Below are positions 24,794 through 37,674 of a stretch of 64,000 nt of DNA, one piece after another. The DNA is taken from contig CM035354.1 of assembly GCA_020137815.1 (NCBI GenBank), forward strand, positions 7,750,001 through 7,814,000, read 5' to 3'. The position numbers and the translations under genes were made by a program. Each line of letters opens with the position of its first letter. Within the stretch, counting starts at the first letter, position 1. The notes under the pieces were generated by a model. It worked only from the letters and a program-made list of their open reading frames with translations, was not told the DNA's origin and did no database searches. The DNA comes from Hormiphora californensis (lineage: Eukaryota > Animalia > Ctenophora).

Positions 24794-24905
24794 CTTCCTA
24801 AACACGGAAAATTGTTACAGAATCTATTTAGATTTTAGATGTGTCGAAATATTACAAAGCGGGAAAGAGTATTGATGAATTCGAGGCCAGCGACCAAGAC
24901 CCAAG

Positions 24906-25477
24906 CAGGGACGGCGCTCGTGGGTGTCCGGGTGTCCGCGGACACCCAGACCGAAAAGACTGAAAGAGAAAAGAAGAAAAATGGAAAAAAACATCGGTGA
25001 AAACTGCGAAATTTTGGATTTGCGCGCAGCCGGGTGTCCGGAGCTCTGTCGGACACCCAGGTGCACTGCGCGCACCTGTAACGCACGGCAGAGCATAAAG
25101 AGAGTTCTTCCGCGCGCCACAGTGCATTTTGACGTGACCAGGGTGTCCGGTTCACCCAGAAAGTTGGGTGCGCGCGGATGAGTTTTTTCTTGTGAACAGA
25201 AAACTTTCATCTTTTTTTCCATTTTTCACAAAAGGAGTTCAGAAATGCTTAAAATCGTTTAAAAACGCCAAAATGTCAGAAATTTTCGGGGGGCTTCGCC
25301 CCCTCAACCCCCACCGGGGCTTGCAGCCCCTGGACCCTGCCTGCGGGGGCTCTGCCCCCTACACCCCCACCGGGGCTGCGCCCCTGGACCCTGGACCCAC
25401 ACCCCCTGACCGAGGCTACCGCCCCTGGCCCCGGACACCCAGGGACTTGCTGGGCCGAAGGCCCAGCGCCGTCCCTG
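24906..25477. mobile_element. hAT-type MITE
   Basis: TIR CAGGGACGGCGCT/AGCGCCGTCCCTG. 8-bp TSD GACCCAAG at 24898-24905 and 25478-25485. Confidence 0.88.
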
Positions 25478-26908
25478 GACCCAAGACCCAAAATTCGAAT
25501 TTCCACCCTCACACTTTACAACTTAACTTTCGAGAAGCTTAAATGTTAGTTAATAGACACGATAGACTGTTCCTTAAACCCTGTTTAAGTGAACTGCACC
25601 TTCAAAAATCAACAAATGGTGCAAAAAAGGAAAACGTTAAAATCTGGGTGCCTTTCATTGCTAACAATTCGTAGTTTTGGCGCGCGCGACGGGTTAGGGC
25701 TATAAGGAACCATAATAAAGTTCAAGAGCCTCCAAGAGCACCCAAGAGCACCCAAGAGCACATCAGATCAAAGAGGGCACCAGGATCAGGAGACCACCAC
25801 ACTCAGAAGAAGCCACTTCTGAGAGAGCTCCCTATCCAGAAGATACCGCGCGCGGGGGATACCACGCGCAAGAGAGACCACGCGCAAGAGAGACCACGGG
25901 TGTTTTATAACCATCAAAACTTTACCTATGATATTCCTTTCGCGCGTTACGTAACACACCGCTTTTTGCACATGTTGCGGTTTTCAAATTGGTCAATAGC
26001 CAAGTCAGGGCTAATGCTATCAACATTACGGCTAAGGCAACACACTTTTGGAGTACTTCAAACTAGCAGAGATATTTTTCCGTTTAACTGTTCATTAATT
26101 TAGACCAAAAGTGTGTGATAGGGAAAACGCGTTATTTTTTTGTTCCATTCAATTAAATAACACAAGTAAAATCACTTGAAAATAAATCACCACTTGTAAA
26201 TGAAATTCTGTCTACACTCTACTGTGCAAATGTTTAAATGTTAATGTGTCACTTGACTGTTCATGTTATTAATTAAACAGCGGGAAATATATTATGTAGG
26301 TATAGGTTTTGTATTGGAGTTAAGATCACAATTACACTGAAAAATACTCTAGTTGAATTAGGTAATGGTATATAGTTTATAATGTTTATAAACATCTGCA
26401 GTAACACCCGGGTAGAAATAAACGTTCCATTATCTAAAATCTGTAATCCAAAAGTCCATAATCTTAGGGCAACAGTCTCGGTCAGCGGGTAAGGTTCCAA
26501 ACTGTTTTCCCAACACCTGAGAAAGAACATATTAGTTAACACTGGAAAAGGCTTATAGTGCAGTTACATATTAGCTTTCTTGGAAATGGTTAGTGTGGTA
26601 ATGTGGTATAATGCAATATCCTATAATCCCCCAAACTATGATAGAAAGGTGATCTCTCCCACAAAATGATACCACATAATATGGGAAAACAATGTGATTC
26701 TTGATTTTGTTCCCTTGTATTAAGGTGTTGCCCGATTATGATGCCATTAAAATGGTAAATCCGTACCAAGAAAATTGCGGCACGCTGAGATTGGATATAT
26801 CCGAATTCCTACTTGCTTTCTTTGGATTTGTTTGTTCTAATTTTGCTCATAACGAGTCAATAGTAATAACGATTCAATATTAATATAGAGTAAATACCTA
26901 GTATTACC

Positions 26909-28882
26909 TCAGAGTGATTCAAATCGTTCAGTTAGTTCGCGATTGAACACTCCCCACATATTCGTCAGTTGGGCACAGACGAACCCTATTTTGGATATGT
27001 GGTTCTTTATACCGTGACCAACGGTATTCTTCAATACCCTGTATCGCTTCAAGTAACCTATGGTCCTTTCTACGTGGACCCTATAACGACTGATCCCCAT
27101 GCTTTCTGTGGCCTGGGCCCTATCAAATTGGGGTCTTCCTCCCCAGAGACCAGTAGGCATGATAAGGTTAACACCTAAAAATAGAAAAAAATGTTAACCT
27201 CAATCATTATTTTGAGACATCCCCTCGTATATCTCCAACTGGTTAATTTTCTCAGTGGTACTGGTCAGGGTTAAAGAAACTGGCGGTGATGGATGGTACG
27301 GTGGAAGGGCCTAGGAATCGACGGACTGGGCACAGTAACACACTATACGTAGGGTCCCTTTACGGAGGTGTGCTGCTGATATTTCTACTTGACGAGGAGG
27401 CTATGCCCAACTGAACGAACTTGACAATTTGCACCCAACAAAACCTAAAACTGTTACTTTCTGCCTCAAAAATCGAAACAAGAATATCTACATTTAATGT
27501 TTCATACTGCTATGTCCAGACTAAACCAAACTCAAGACTCTCTCAAAGGCATAATGTTACCTAGTTCCAGACTCAGAAGCTGACAAGACAAAAAGCTTGC
27601 GTGAGAGTGCCCCAATACAGACCACAAACAGTTAGAATATCAGAGAAATTTTGTTTGATTTTGGTGTAATTTTGAGCGTGATAGTTTAGCTATACTATCT
27701 TTCATACAGACCACAGACTTTATGACAGGTTGCAACACCGTTCTGTCGTGCGGCAGAGTTTGGTACGCTATAACCTAGAGCCACACACACACACACACAC
27801 ACACACTGCTATGTCTCCCTGCAAACCAAATTCGGGGCTGAAAATTGAAATTGCCTTTTACATATTTATATTACTCAAGCATTATTATAAAGAACAAATC
27901 ATTACGTAGTACATTGTGCGCCGCAATGTGGACCACAATTATGTGTACCACACATTTCCTGAAAACGTTTCAATGAAGATAGAAGTAATGAAGTGATAAA
28001 TTTTGTGAAGATGCAGTTGGTTGCAGTGTGTATGTGTGCTTCTAATTGGTCCTTGCAATTAAAACGGGTGTATCTATCATGGTGGTCATGCTACACACAG
28101 TCAGTTTATCCGTTGAAGATTTCTAAACTTCTTTTTCCATTCGCCCGAATGGGTAAAAATCCTGGCATTATAAATAAATTTTACCTGAAGGAAGTAAGTC
28201 TGTGATCAGAAATCCTCGGTCAACCATTATCTGATCCCCTTCATTGAACTGCCTCAGGAGATGTGATGAAACAACAATAGCTCGGTCGGATGAACTGCCT
28301 GGGTACGCGTCGCTCATGAAAACAATGGATCCACATGGAGCAACTCCAACGAGAAACTTAACACTGTGGAACCCTGTGGGGATTGTGGAGGGGTCATTGC
28401 GGTCGGGAACATAAGGGGCGATTCAAAACGGACGTCCAGGGATAGGAGTAGCCAATTTCGGGCACCTCTGGAAAGAGGAGGGAGGGGGTTGATGGAGTTC
28501 GGACTGTCCCAGGTTTTGAAGAAAAATTTTACTGGTAAACCAATATTGGTTAACTTAAGTTACATGTGGACGAAATTCGGATAGGGAGGAGGGTGGGGGT
28601 CTGGGAAATTCGAACAGGCTTGGACAGAGGGGAGGGAGGGGGTAAAAACGACCAAAAATCATGGACGTCCTTTTTGAGAAGTTACCTTTGTAGTCAGAAT
28701 AAAAGATTCTGCGATCTGCTGGGTTTGAAGGTGGCTCCACCTGCACCTGAAAATAATGATATACAGTCGGACCCCGATTTACCGGGCCCCGATTTACCGG
28801 AACCCCGATTTACCGGGAGGAAAAACTTCCCCCGAGAGAGGAAAGTAACGGTATTTGACCCCGAGAGAGTGATAGCGAGAGG

Positions 28883-28922
<40 letters not shown>

Positions 28923-30801
28923 TAAAAAGGGGTCTGCCAGTGCCAAAAGACCAGGAATTGAAAATCACAGCTAATAGGTACTACTAACAATTACCTCAGT
29001 ACAATCCAAAATTATCCGAACATTTGGATAATCAGCGTAAAATCTGGGTGGCGATGTCTCTTGCGCCCTTCTCAATGATGGTACTTGATTACTGCTGATG
29101 GCCCAGAGTTTGTTATGCATCACATCCATCCATGTTTTCCAAATGCTTGTTACTATACTCTCTGAAACCTGTAAAAACAACAGTTGTTTTTTAATTTACT
29201 CTGATTTACCGGACGAAACCCTCTCCACCGAGAATCCCGGTAAATTATAAATGCACGCAGCAATTTTCGAATTGGAGAATAAAACTTACGTGGAACTCGG
29301 CTGCTAACATGCTATCTGAACAGCCCGCCTTAAACTTTTTCAGGGTAATAAAAAGTTGTGTCGATGTATCTAAGAGAGTGGAGGATAAGGATCGATATAT
29401 CGCTGTCAACATGGTATCACCCGGTGATTGAAGAAACTCCAGCAATAAGTAAAACACTGCTTTATTAGGCAGGCCCGTCTGAGATCTGATCTGAAATTGA
29501 AACGTTGTAAAAAAATAAAATTAAAATAATTCTACCCCATGTTTACCTGAGAGTGAACATTTTAGTCGACACGTCTTTATGGACAGATCAGGTTGTAAAT
29601 TCAGGTTGGTGCCTATACGCATTGCTGCTTTCACCCTAAATTACCCTATGGCCTACCATCTGAATTCTGACCACATCTTACTATTTGGATCACATGTCAA
29701 CCACATTCTTGTCACCCAAAATATATATAATATAAACATATATATAAATATCACTGCGCTGGCAAGCGCAAAGGTGACCATATATGTATACATGATATGG
29801 GGGCAAAGGTGTCAGGGTGGGTTATCAAAAGGCCCTTACTTGAGGCGCACCCAATGGGTGCGCTAGTCTCTATTATAATTTGGAGATGTCGCGTCGAAGT
29901 GGCCGTTCGTTCAGCGGTATTATAGCGACAGACTGCTCCTTCATAAAACACTTTATATGACGAAAGCTGTAAAGCTGTCATTCACACCTTTGGAACTTCC
30001 GGTGGAAGTTTTTAATATTTTCGAATGACTTTTAACATGCCAGTCCCCATAGTTACCAATTCAGTTGCCATGGCAACCGTGTTATTGACGTTGAAAGGGG
30101 CGAAAAGAACCATCTGGCGAAGCCGGGTGGGTTATCGAAAAGCCCTTACTTGAGGCGCACCCAATGGGTTAGTTTTTGGCATAATACTGTGTGATTTTAA
30201 ATGACTGAGACTGCTCTATCTCAAATTGTGTAAAAACTACGGCATCTTTCGACTTGAAATTTTGGGACACGATAAAACATAATTTCTCATTTATTCTCCC
30301 AGATTTTCAGAAAATTTCCTTGTTCCTGAATGAACTTATTGCCATAAAACCTCCTCCAACTTTACACAGTCATATCTCTGGAGTCTAATGAGATAGAGAG
30401 TTCAGATTTTTAGGAGAGACAGATAAGACGATTTTGAATGTTTTGTCTGCTTTACGATTTGATAACTTGTACCGTCTGTTCACAGGAACTGTTTAAAGTG
30501 ATGTAACACGCCCTAATTAGGCCAAATTTAGGTCATTTTACCCCTCAAAGATCACATGTCCAGCTGCTTCTAGTGGGCTAATGAGGCCTCTTACACGAAT
30601 TCGTCACGTGTTACTGCAAGGATACCGATCTCCTTTTTCACCTTGACCAATACAAGCAGACATGATCATGGTGTCTGGAAGTGTTAACAAACTGTAGAAA
30701 ACCAGACAGCTGCTGCTCTCTACTTCAATCACTTTCTCGTTATAAGGTCACGTGACTGGAATTGGGATCTCGACATCAGACATGATCACAGCGGGAAGAG
30801 A

Positions 30802-30888
<87 letters not shown>

Positions 30889-32119
30889 CTTTGTAGACAT
30901 TGTGATCATGTCTGATGTCGAGATCCCAATTCCAGTCACGTGACCTTATAACGAGAAAGTGATTGAAGTAGAGAGCAGCATCTGTCTGGTTTTCTAAAGC
31001 TTGTTACCACTTCCAGACACCATGATCATGTCTGCTTGGTCAAGGTGAAAAAGGAGAGCGGTATCTTTGCAGTAACACGTGACGAATTCGTGTAAGAGGC
31101 CTCATTAGCCCACTAGAAGCAGCTGGACATGTGATCTTTGAGGGGTAAAATGACCTAAATTTGGCCTAATTAGGGCGTGTTACATCACTTTAAACAGTTC
31201 CTGTGAACAGACGGTACAAGTTATCAAATCGTAAAGCAGACAAAACATTCAAAATCGTCTTATCTGTCTCTCCTAAAAATCTGAACTCTCTATCTCATTA
31301 GACTCCAGAGATATGACTGTGTAAAGTTGGAGGAGGTTTTATGGCAATAAGTTCATTCAGGAACAAGGAAATTTTCTGAAAATCTGGGAGAATAAATGAG
31401 AAATTATGTTTTATCGTGTCCCAAAATTTCAAGTCGAAAGATGCCGTAGTTTTTACACAATTTGAGATAGAGCAGTCTCAGTCATTTAAAATCACACAGT
31501 ATCTCTATTATAATTTGGAGATGTTGCGTCGAAGTCGTTCGTTCAGCGGTATCTTAGCGAAAGGCTGCTCCTTCATAAAACATTTCATATGACCAAAGCT
31601 GTAAAGCTTATCAAATCAAAAAGCCCTTACTTCATGAGGCGCACCCAATGGGTGCGCTAGTATATACATATAAATATATTGCACCCTTCTAACTTACGTT
31701 TTCATCTGACGTTGAATCCGTAATCGCTGATCTAGGGATGTTTCTCCAATTTCTCAATGCCTCGACATGTGTTTTGCATAGTCTTAGCAAGTCAAAGTGT
31801 TTCATATCACCCTTATACATGTCTTGGCATACCCGCAACAGACTGAAACGGTTTTGGTGAAAAAACATTGAATCCGTTTAGTTACTGTGTATGCAGTAGT
31901 AGACAGTAGTAGACACATAGCGTTGAGTGTAAACACCATGTATCAATACATGTGTTAGTACCTGAATAGAAGACTGGATATGGGCTCATGCTGTTCCACT
32001 TGCTGCCATTGCCTTCCGTATTTGGACAGTATTCTTCTGCCATCACTCACCGCTTTAGACGGGATTCTAAATATCCCCGGATTGCTGCAACCCGGTATGG
32101 GACATCTTTTGCCGACCAT
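26909..32119 (-). CDS. THAP-like + HTH + DDE_Tnp_4 (Harbinger/ISL2EU) transposase, 7 exons
   Basis: MVGKRCPIPGC...LCKTH (THAP-like); DEN|IRSQTGLP; QLFITLKK..LAAEFH|VSES; catalytic IILDCTE, MVDRGF and RVHVERTIG; FYSDYKG. All junctions are GT-AG and in frame by manual reading. Confidence 0.88.
27517..27804 (+). mobile_element. SINE-like or truncated non-LTR 3' end with (CA)n tail, in a transposase intron
   Basis: 11-bp TSD ACTGCTATGTC (27506-27516, 27805-27815). A near-identical copy lies at 41988-42302. Confidence 0.8.
29751..31660 (+). mobile_element. Compound non-autonomous Helitron-like element with repeated 3' ends (related inverted piece at about 32161-32345)
   Basis: 5' A|TCACTGCGCTGGCAAG. 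Hairpin GCGCACCCA-A-TGGGTGCGC ending in CTAG|T at 29863-29866 and 31657-31660, with a degenerate end near 30170. Confidence 0.6.
30187..31499. mobile_element. Foldback element: about 600-bp near-identical inverted arms around a (GA)n loop
   Basis: 30187-30790 is the reverse complement of 30901-31499 with few differences. TA flanks both ends. Confidence 0.9.
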
Positions 32120-32928
32120 TATACCTACTAAAGGATGGGCAAGTGTAATACAAGGATGGGCTAGTGAAAAACCCATTGGGTGCGCCTCAAGAAATAGCTT
32201 TTTGATAACCCACCCGGCTTCGCCGCATGGTTCTTTTCCCCCCTTTCAACGTCAATAACACGGTTGCCATGGCAACATGGCAACTCTGAGTTGCCAACTC
32301 AATTGGCAACTATGGGGACTGAGTTGTCAAATACATTCAAAAATATTAACAAACTTTCATGGGTAATAATGGAAGAACCAATACAAATCATCACAATACA
32401 ATCCGCCACAATTGTGAGTTTGACAACCAAGCGGCATTGCATGGAGATAGCTATAGAAATTGAGGCAAGAAAGGAGATAGTCGATAAAGAAAGAGAGATA
32501 ATTTTAGAGTTCGATCATTTGTTGTATGCTAGATCCTATGAGGTGTCGAGATCTGATCGTATCTATCTCTTTTGAGCGGCTTTGTGAATTGTGTATTGAT
32601 AGGTCTCCGGGATTCCTACTGCAGTTGGGAATCGAGAGCCGCCCCTTCCTCCTCTCGCACTGAAATGAGAAAGTAATGGTATTGCTCACTAATACATGAA
32701 GGATACTGCACTAAGCATTAGTCCAGATATTACGGATACTCCATACAGCAGGATGATTAAGACCGCAGCCAGATTTAATTTTAGCCTGCTCCGGAATATT
32801 ACGATTATTCGAGACCCTCATGGGGCCCGAGGCCTAGTAATGCACCTAATCTTTGCCCAATTCTAAACGCAAGTTCATCATCTAGTTTCTCATCCTTCAC
32901 CATAATCCCATCATTACATCCCCTATAC

Positions 32929-34158
32929 TCAGTACTCACGAATCTCGAATATTAACGGAATTGCAGAAGACTTGTAAAAGGTGTCGAGTAGTCGTAATGA
33001 GGCGGCAAATGTGGGATCTTTCCGTACCGGGATGCGGATACGTGGGGGTTTCTCAGACCAAATGTAGAAAACTGCTTCCTCTACCCCTAAAATTAAAGTG
33101 TGGGGGTTATCGGAATATTAGTGAAATCGCTGCGCTTCGAAGGAGCTTTATAGGAGCTGCACTGCTTGAATCGGAACACAGTTAAATATTTTAGCAGGCT
33201 GTAGAATGGCCCCTTCCATCTGTTTGTATAATTCAATTTCGTATCTGCCCAGTGCAAGACAATCAGTAGCAAGCACTACAGAAAGTGAATTTGGTTCTGT
33301 TAGTACTGGTTGAATTGGGAGTTATGCTACATCTTCTCTCACCGACCTAAGCAATAGATTTGCCCCTGTATCTGAAACCAATAGCTATCAGTTCGATCCA
33401 TCTCGACTGTGGTTGCGTTTGCACATAAACCCTTCAACCCTGTCACTTTAACCATACGATCACTCCCAATTCCAGCTCGTGATCTTCGGAACCTCTCGAG
33501 TTCTTCAAGTGCAGATTTGCCCTGCATGGTGTACGGGCACTTGATTTCGAGAACTCTGCCGTCGGGAAGTAGTCCGTCCGGCGAGGCTGCTATGCATGGG
33601 TAGTCCTGGTGGATGTGAAGACCAGTCTCTTCAACCTGAAAACAATATTTTTGGCATTATGTTGTAATACAACGCTGAGTTTTCCTGTCTAGTTAAGCTG
33701 TGAAGAAAACATATCATGGCATAGAAAGTGGACCACACAAACAGTTCAGAACAAATATCTTTAATTTAGTAGCATAACAATGTGTGCCACACATTTTCTG
33801 AAAATGTGCTAATACATTGATTTATGAAGAAGCAGCGGTTGTTTCGGTTTGATCAAATTATTAAACTATGACCCCTAGATTATAGTGATAACTCACTGTC
33901 ACATTATACTGCTCTTCATAGTCTCGCCTCGCAACTGGCTCATGTGTTTTACCCCACTGTATCGAAGTTATCCGTCTTAGATCTCGCTGGTCTACAAGAA
34001 GCCGCTTTACATCTGCTTTCAGTGACAAACCTAGGAAGAGTATGAAATTTTAATGGATCAGTCCATATTTTATGCTTTAAATGATGGCTCAAAATGCTCT
34101 AAATTACAAAAATAACTAACCGAGATCGACAGGTCTAGGTAGATTCTTTTACTTAGTT

Positions 34159-34195
<37 letters not shown>

Positions 34196-34198
34196 AGA

Positions 34199-34252
<54 letters not shown>

Positions 34253-36393
34253 TCGAGTTTATACTATGTGGGAGTGACTCTACTTCTTATACTACTGTAA
34301 GCAAACAATGTAATAAATCAGATCTAAATTTTAGAGTTCTCTCTGAAAACAGAAACCTAAATGTAATTACGTGGTGCATATGGTGCGTTCTCCGCCAGTC
34401 CAATCAAGTCCTTGAAGCGGCTGGAGGTAAATCTAAACCTCCTTAGGCTGCAAAACAGCACATTGTCAAACTGCCCGGTGGTAGCCACACTGATTTCATT
34501 TATATCTTGCTGTGTGATGGTCCATCGCGATATTTTAACCTCCACTTCTTCTGCAGAGTCGGCTGTAATAATTTGTATTACCTAGCCAACCTTTTCATCG
34601 AGATATATATCAATGCGCTGGCAAGCACAAAGGTGGCCCCATCCCCTCCCCCCGGAAAAGTGGGCCCGCTTGCCGACAGCGTATACAGATATAAACATTT
34701 CGAATTTTTAGCCCATGGCACTTTTCAACCCCTACTAACTCCGGAACCAGATAAGCTAGGAAGCTGAAATTTGGCACTAAGAAGCTTCACATAGACCTCT
34801 ACTGACGTTAAAAATTTGAAGTGCCTAGCTCGTTCCGGTCGCAAGTTATGACACCACCCCCAAAACAGAAAATTCAGTGTGGGGATAAGGAGATATAGAC
34901 GCTTCACTGTGTAGACCGAACCATACTAGCATAGAGACTTGAACTAAGTTTTATCTGTTAGGGAATCGTTTGGCGCACAATAACATATGTACAAGTTTGA
35001 TTGTTTGATTGTTAGCATGATACTAACCGAGGTTGTAAACACGTTTTAAGTTGAGATGGTTCCACTGAGTACCTGGTACCAATGTTGAGGGAGTCGCCAT
35101 TGTGAAAAGTTTTAATCCATTAGCAGGTAAAACTTCATTTAACTTTGAAACAAACTGCACCTGTCCAACTTCCCAGTTTGGTACCTTCACTTGCCCGTGT
35201 ATATCAACAAATTGCCTTAAAAAATTAGATATCTTTAAATATATGATATTGACGATCTTATCTATTATTCCGTGGAATAAACCACATTTTTATAGCTGAA
35301 GACGTGATACACAGTGATCTCGAAAGCTTCTGTCAATTCATTTGATTTAGTACCATTATACATATCGTTGTCTACATTAAACTAACGGTAAGTGTAGAGC
35401 GAATAGATCTTTTTTGTTCTGATCCCAGTTTTTCTGCGTCTGTTCTTCAACTGTCAACAGCTGTACATCTTGGCCAGGATTCAGGACTGGTCTTCTAAAG
35501 TTATGCGACACTGAAATGATATAAACAAGTAAGTATTGGAACACGAGCTATATGGAGATATAAAAAACATAAATAATGCAGGTTTCTCTAACCGCCAGGA
35601 CATCTATAGGGCTTTATGGACTGAAACCTACATACATGTATTATGAAATAGCGTCCAAAATACCAAAGCTGTATCTACAGCCCAAACTTAATTTTAAAAG
35701 TTATTAATTAATGATATCGAATAACGAACCATCTGTCCGTGAAACTTGATTAGCTCCATGTAAAAGGGTGGCAGCCTTATGCCAGCACTGAACCGTTGCA
35801 AGTCGGCATGAGCAGTATGCTGAAGATATTCCGAGGTTTCCGTTAAACGTGATCTGAGGAAAGATTTTTAGACAATGAATTAATTACATAGTCATATATA
35901 GTCATTGAAAAATGTTATTTTCTCAACTGAACCCCAGCTCAGCTCAGTGTGCCCAGTGCCCACTGCCCACACGACTATCTCAATATTTCTCTCCAATCGT
36001 TTGTAGAGGAAACCATTGTAAACCCCTACCTCAACATTGTGAAGTGTCGTATTAGAATGAGAGCTCAGTACTGTAGCCGTCAGCCGTTTTGTTGAAGGGT
36101 TATACGAACAAACTTGAACATGTCCAGCCAAGTACAGCTGAAATGGTTAGATAAAAGCCCAGGGGGATGAGGAATGATGATTCAGTAATGCGGGGCAAGA
36201 GAAGTGGGAATGGGGGGGGGGGGGCGGGGGTCGGGGTTGAAGGGAGTCAGTAGGGGGTGAGAGGAGTTAAATTTGGTCATTTGCCTAGGCTCTCTAGTAC
36301 TATAAGAAAAGCTAAAATTACCGATTGTCCTTTATTGAAAGAGTAATCATATCCTTGGAAGTAGTTGGAAATCTGGGATATCCGGATGAGCAT
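32929..36393 (-). CDS. SWIM zinc finger + YqaJ (lambda-exonuclease-like) nuclease, multi-exon; ISL2EU second gene
   Basis: YFQG..FNKGQS|LYLAGHVQ; AYCSC...CWHKAATL (SWIM); TTGQFDN..RRFRFTSSRF; IQWGKTHEP; IAASPDG..VLEIKCPY; YWFQIQGQ; FYIW..VRKD. The central exons near 35100-35500 were not fully resolved. Confidence 0.85.
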
Positions 36394-36607
36394 CGTCCTA
36401 AATACTAATGAAACAGAAAGAGTGATATATTTCTCTGCAAAAAGGGTTAGAACTAGGAAATGACATATATAATATACTATACCAAAAAACAAAGGAAATT
36501 TGTTAGGAACACCCGTCGCCTTTTGTCGATACTTGACGCTGCGGGAAATACACCCATTTAATCTGAGCTACTTATTATAGGTATAGTTGTGTACACGCAC
36601 ACACACA

Positions 36608-36694
<87 letters not shown>

Positions 36695-37674
36695 ACACAC
36701 TCGTCCTCGCGTCTTGGTCTGACGAAGGGTGCATTTCCCGCAGCGTCAAGTATCGACAAACGGCCACGGGTGTTCCAAACAAATTTCCTTTGTTTTTTGG
36801 TCTAGTTTCTCAGGATTTTTGTATACAGGTATCATAAATATGCAAATTACAGCTAAACTTAAACCAGTTTATACCGATATTCGTAAAATTTTACATAAAT
36901 TATGCATAATTAATGACTTTCCATATCAAATCAAGATTTTATATAGCCTATTACACGTAGAATATTCGATTTATGGGAGGTCTTCCCCAGGACAAAAAGC
37001 TCTAAATCCAGCCGTTTTCGCTCTATATGTTTTGCAAAAATGTGGTGCGTATGTTTGGGACCCCCCTCGTAACTTTTGAACGGAACGATCGATCGCGATC
37101 CACTTGAAATTTTGAACACTAATAGATATTAGGCATTAGCTTTACATACAAAATTTCAGCTTCCTAGCTTGTTGGGAACATGGTTTAATAGGCGCTCAAA
37201 AAGGGCGAAAGTTGCATCCGTATGGTATACTGCACTAGCCCCGAATCGGGCGAAATTAAATTTTCCTTGCCTGAGTTTTTCCTTTCAGATTTGATCTTAT
37301 AATGTTCTAGGATGACCTTAGAATGGGTGGGATGGTTTTTTCATTGCTGGGGGCTTTGTCCCCAGACCCCCTTTAGGCCACGGGGCACTTGCCAGTGCAG
37401 TGATACATATTGTATTTGAAAACTAACTTAATTGGTAGAGATAATTAAATGTCCACCGCTACCTGCTACACAACTGCTCATGCTCCTTCATAAACTCTCC
37501 CTTTCTAAAAATAGATCATTTGTAACCAGGAAAAATACAAAATATTTGTATAACCGGATATAATTCTTCGTTATCGTAACATCTAAACACAATTCTTTAC
37601 GGCAATTGTATAGAAGATAGGCTGAGGTGCAATACACGATGAAGTGCAAGTAGGCTAACAAATGGTCCTATTTG

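Noticed and set aside
24824-25542. Several overlapping GC-rich ORFs
   Set aside because: They lie within the hAT MITE and show no recognisable protein motifs.
26273-26883. Possible fifth gene in the giant transposon
   Set aside because: I could not build a consistent exon chain or recognise a domain.
29545-29720. Candidate extra transposase exon
   Set aside because: Stops or phase conflict. Direct splicing DEN|IRSQTGLP is in frame without it.
30748-30943. Mirror-image ORFs MTGIGISTSDMIT on both strands
   Set aside because: Artefact of the foldback arms plus the (GA)n loop.
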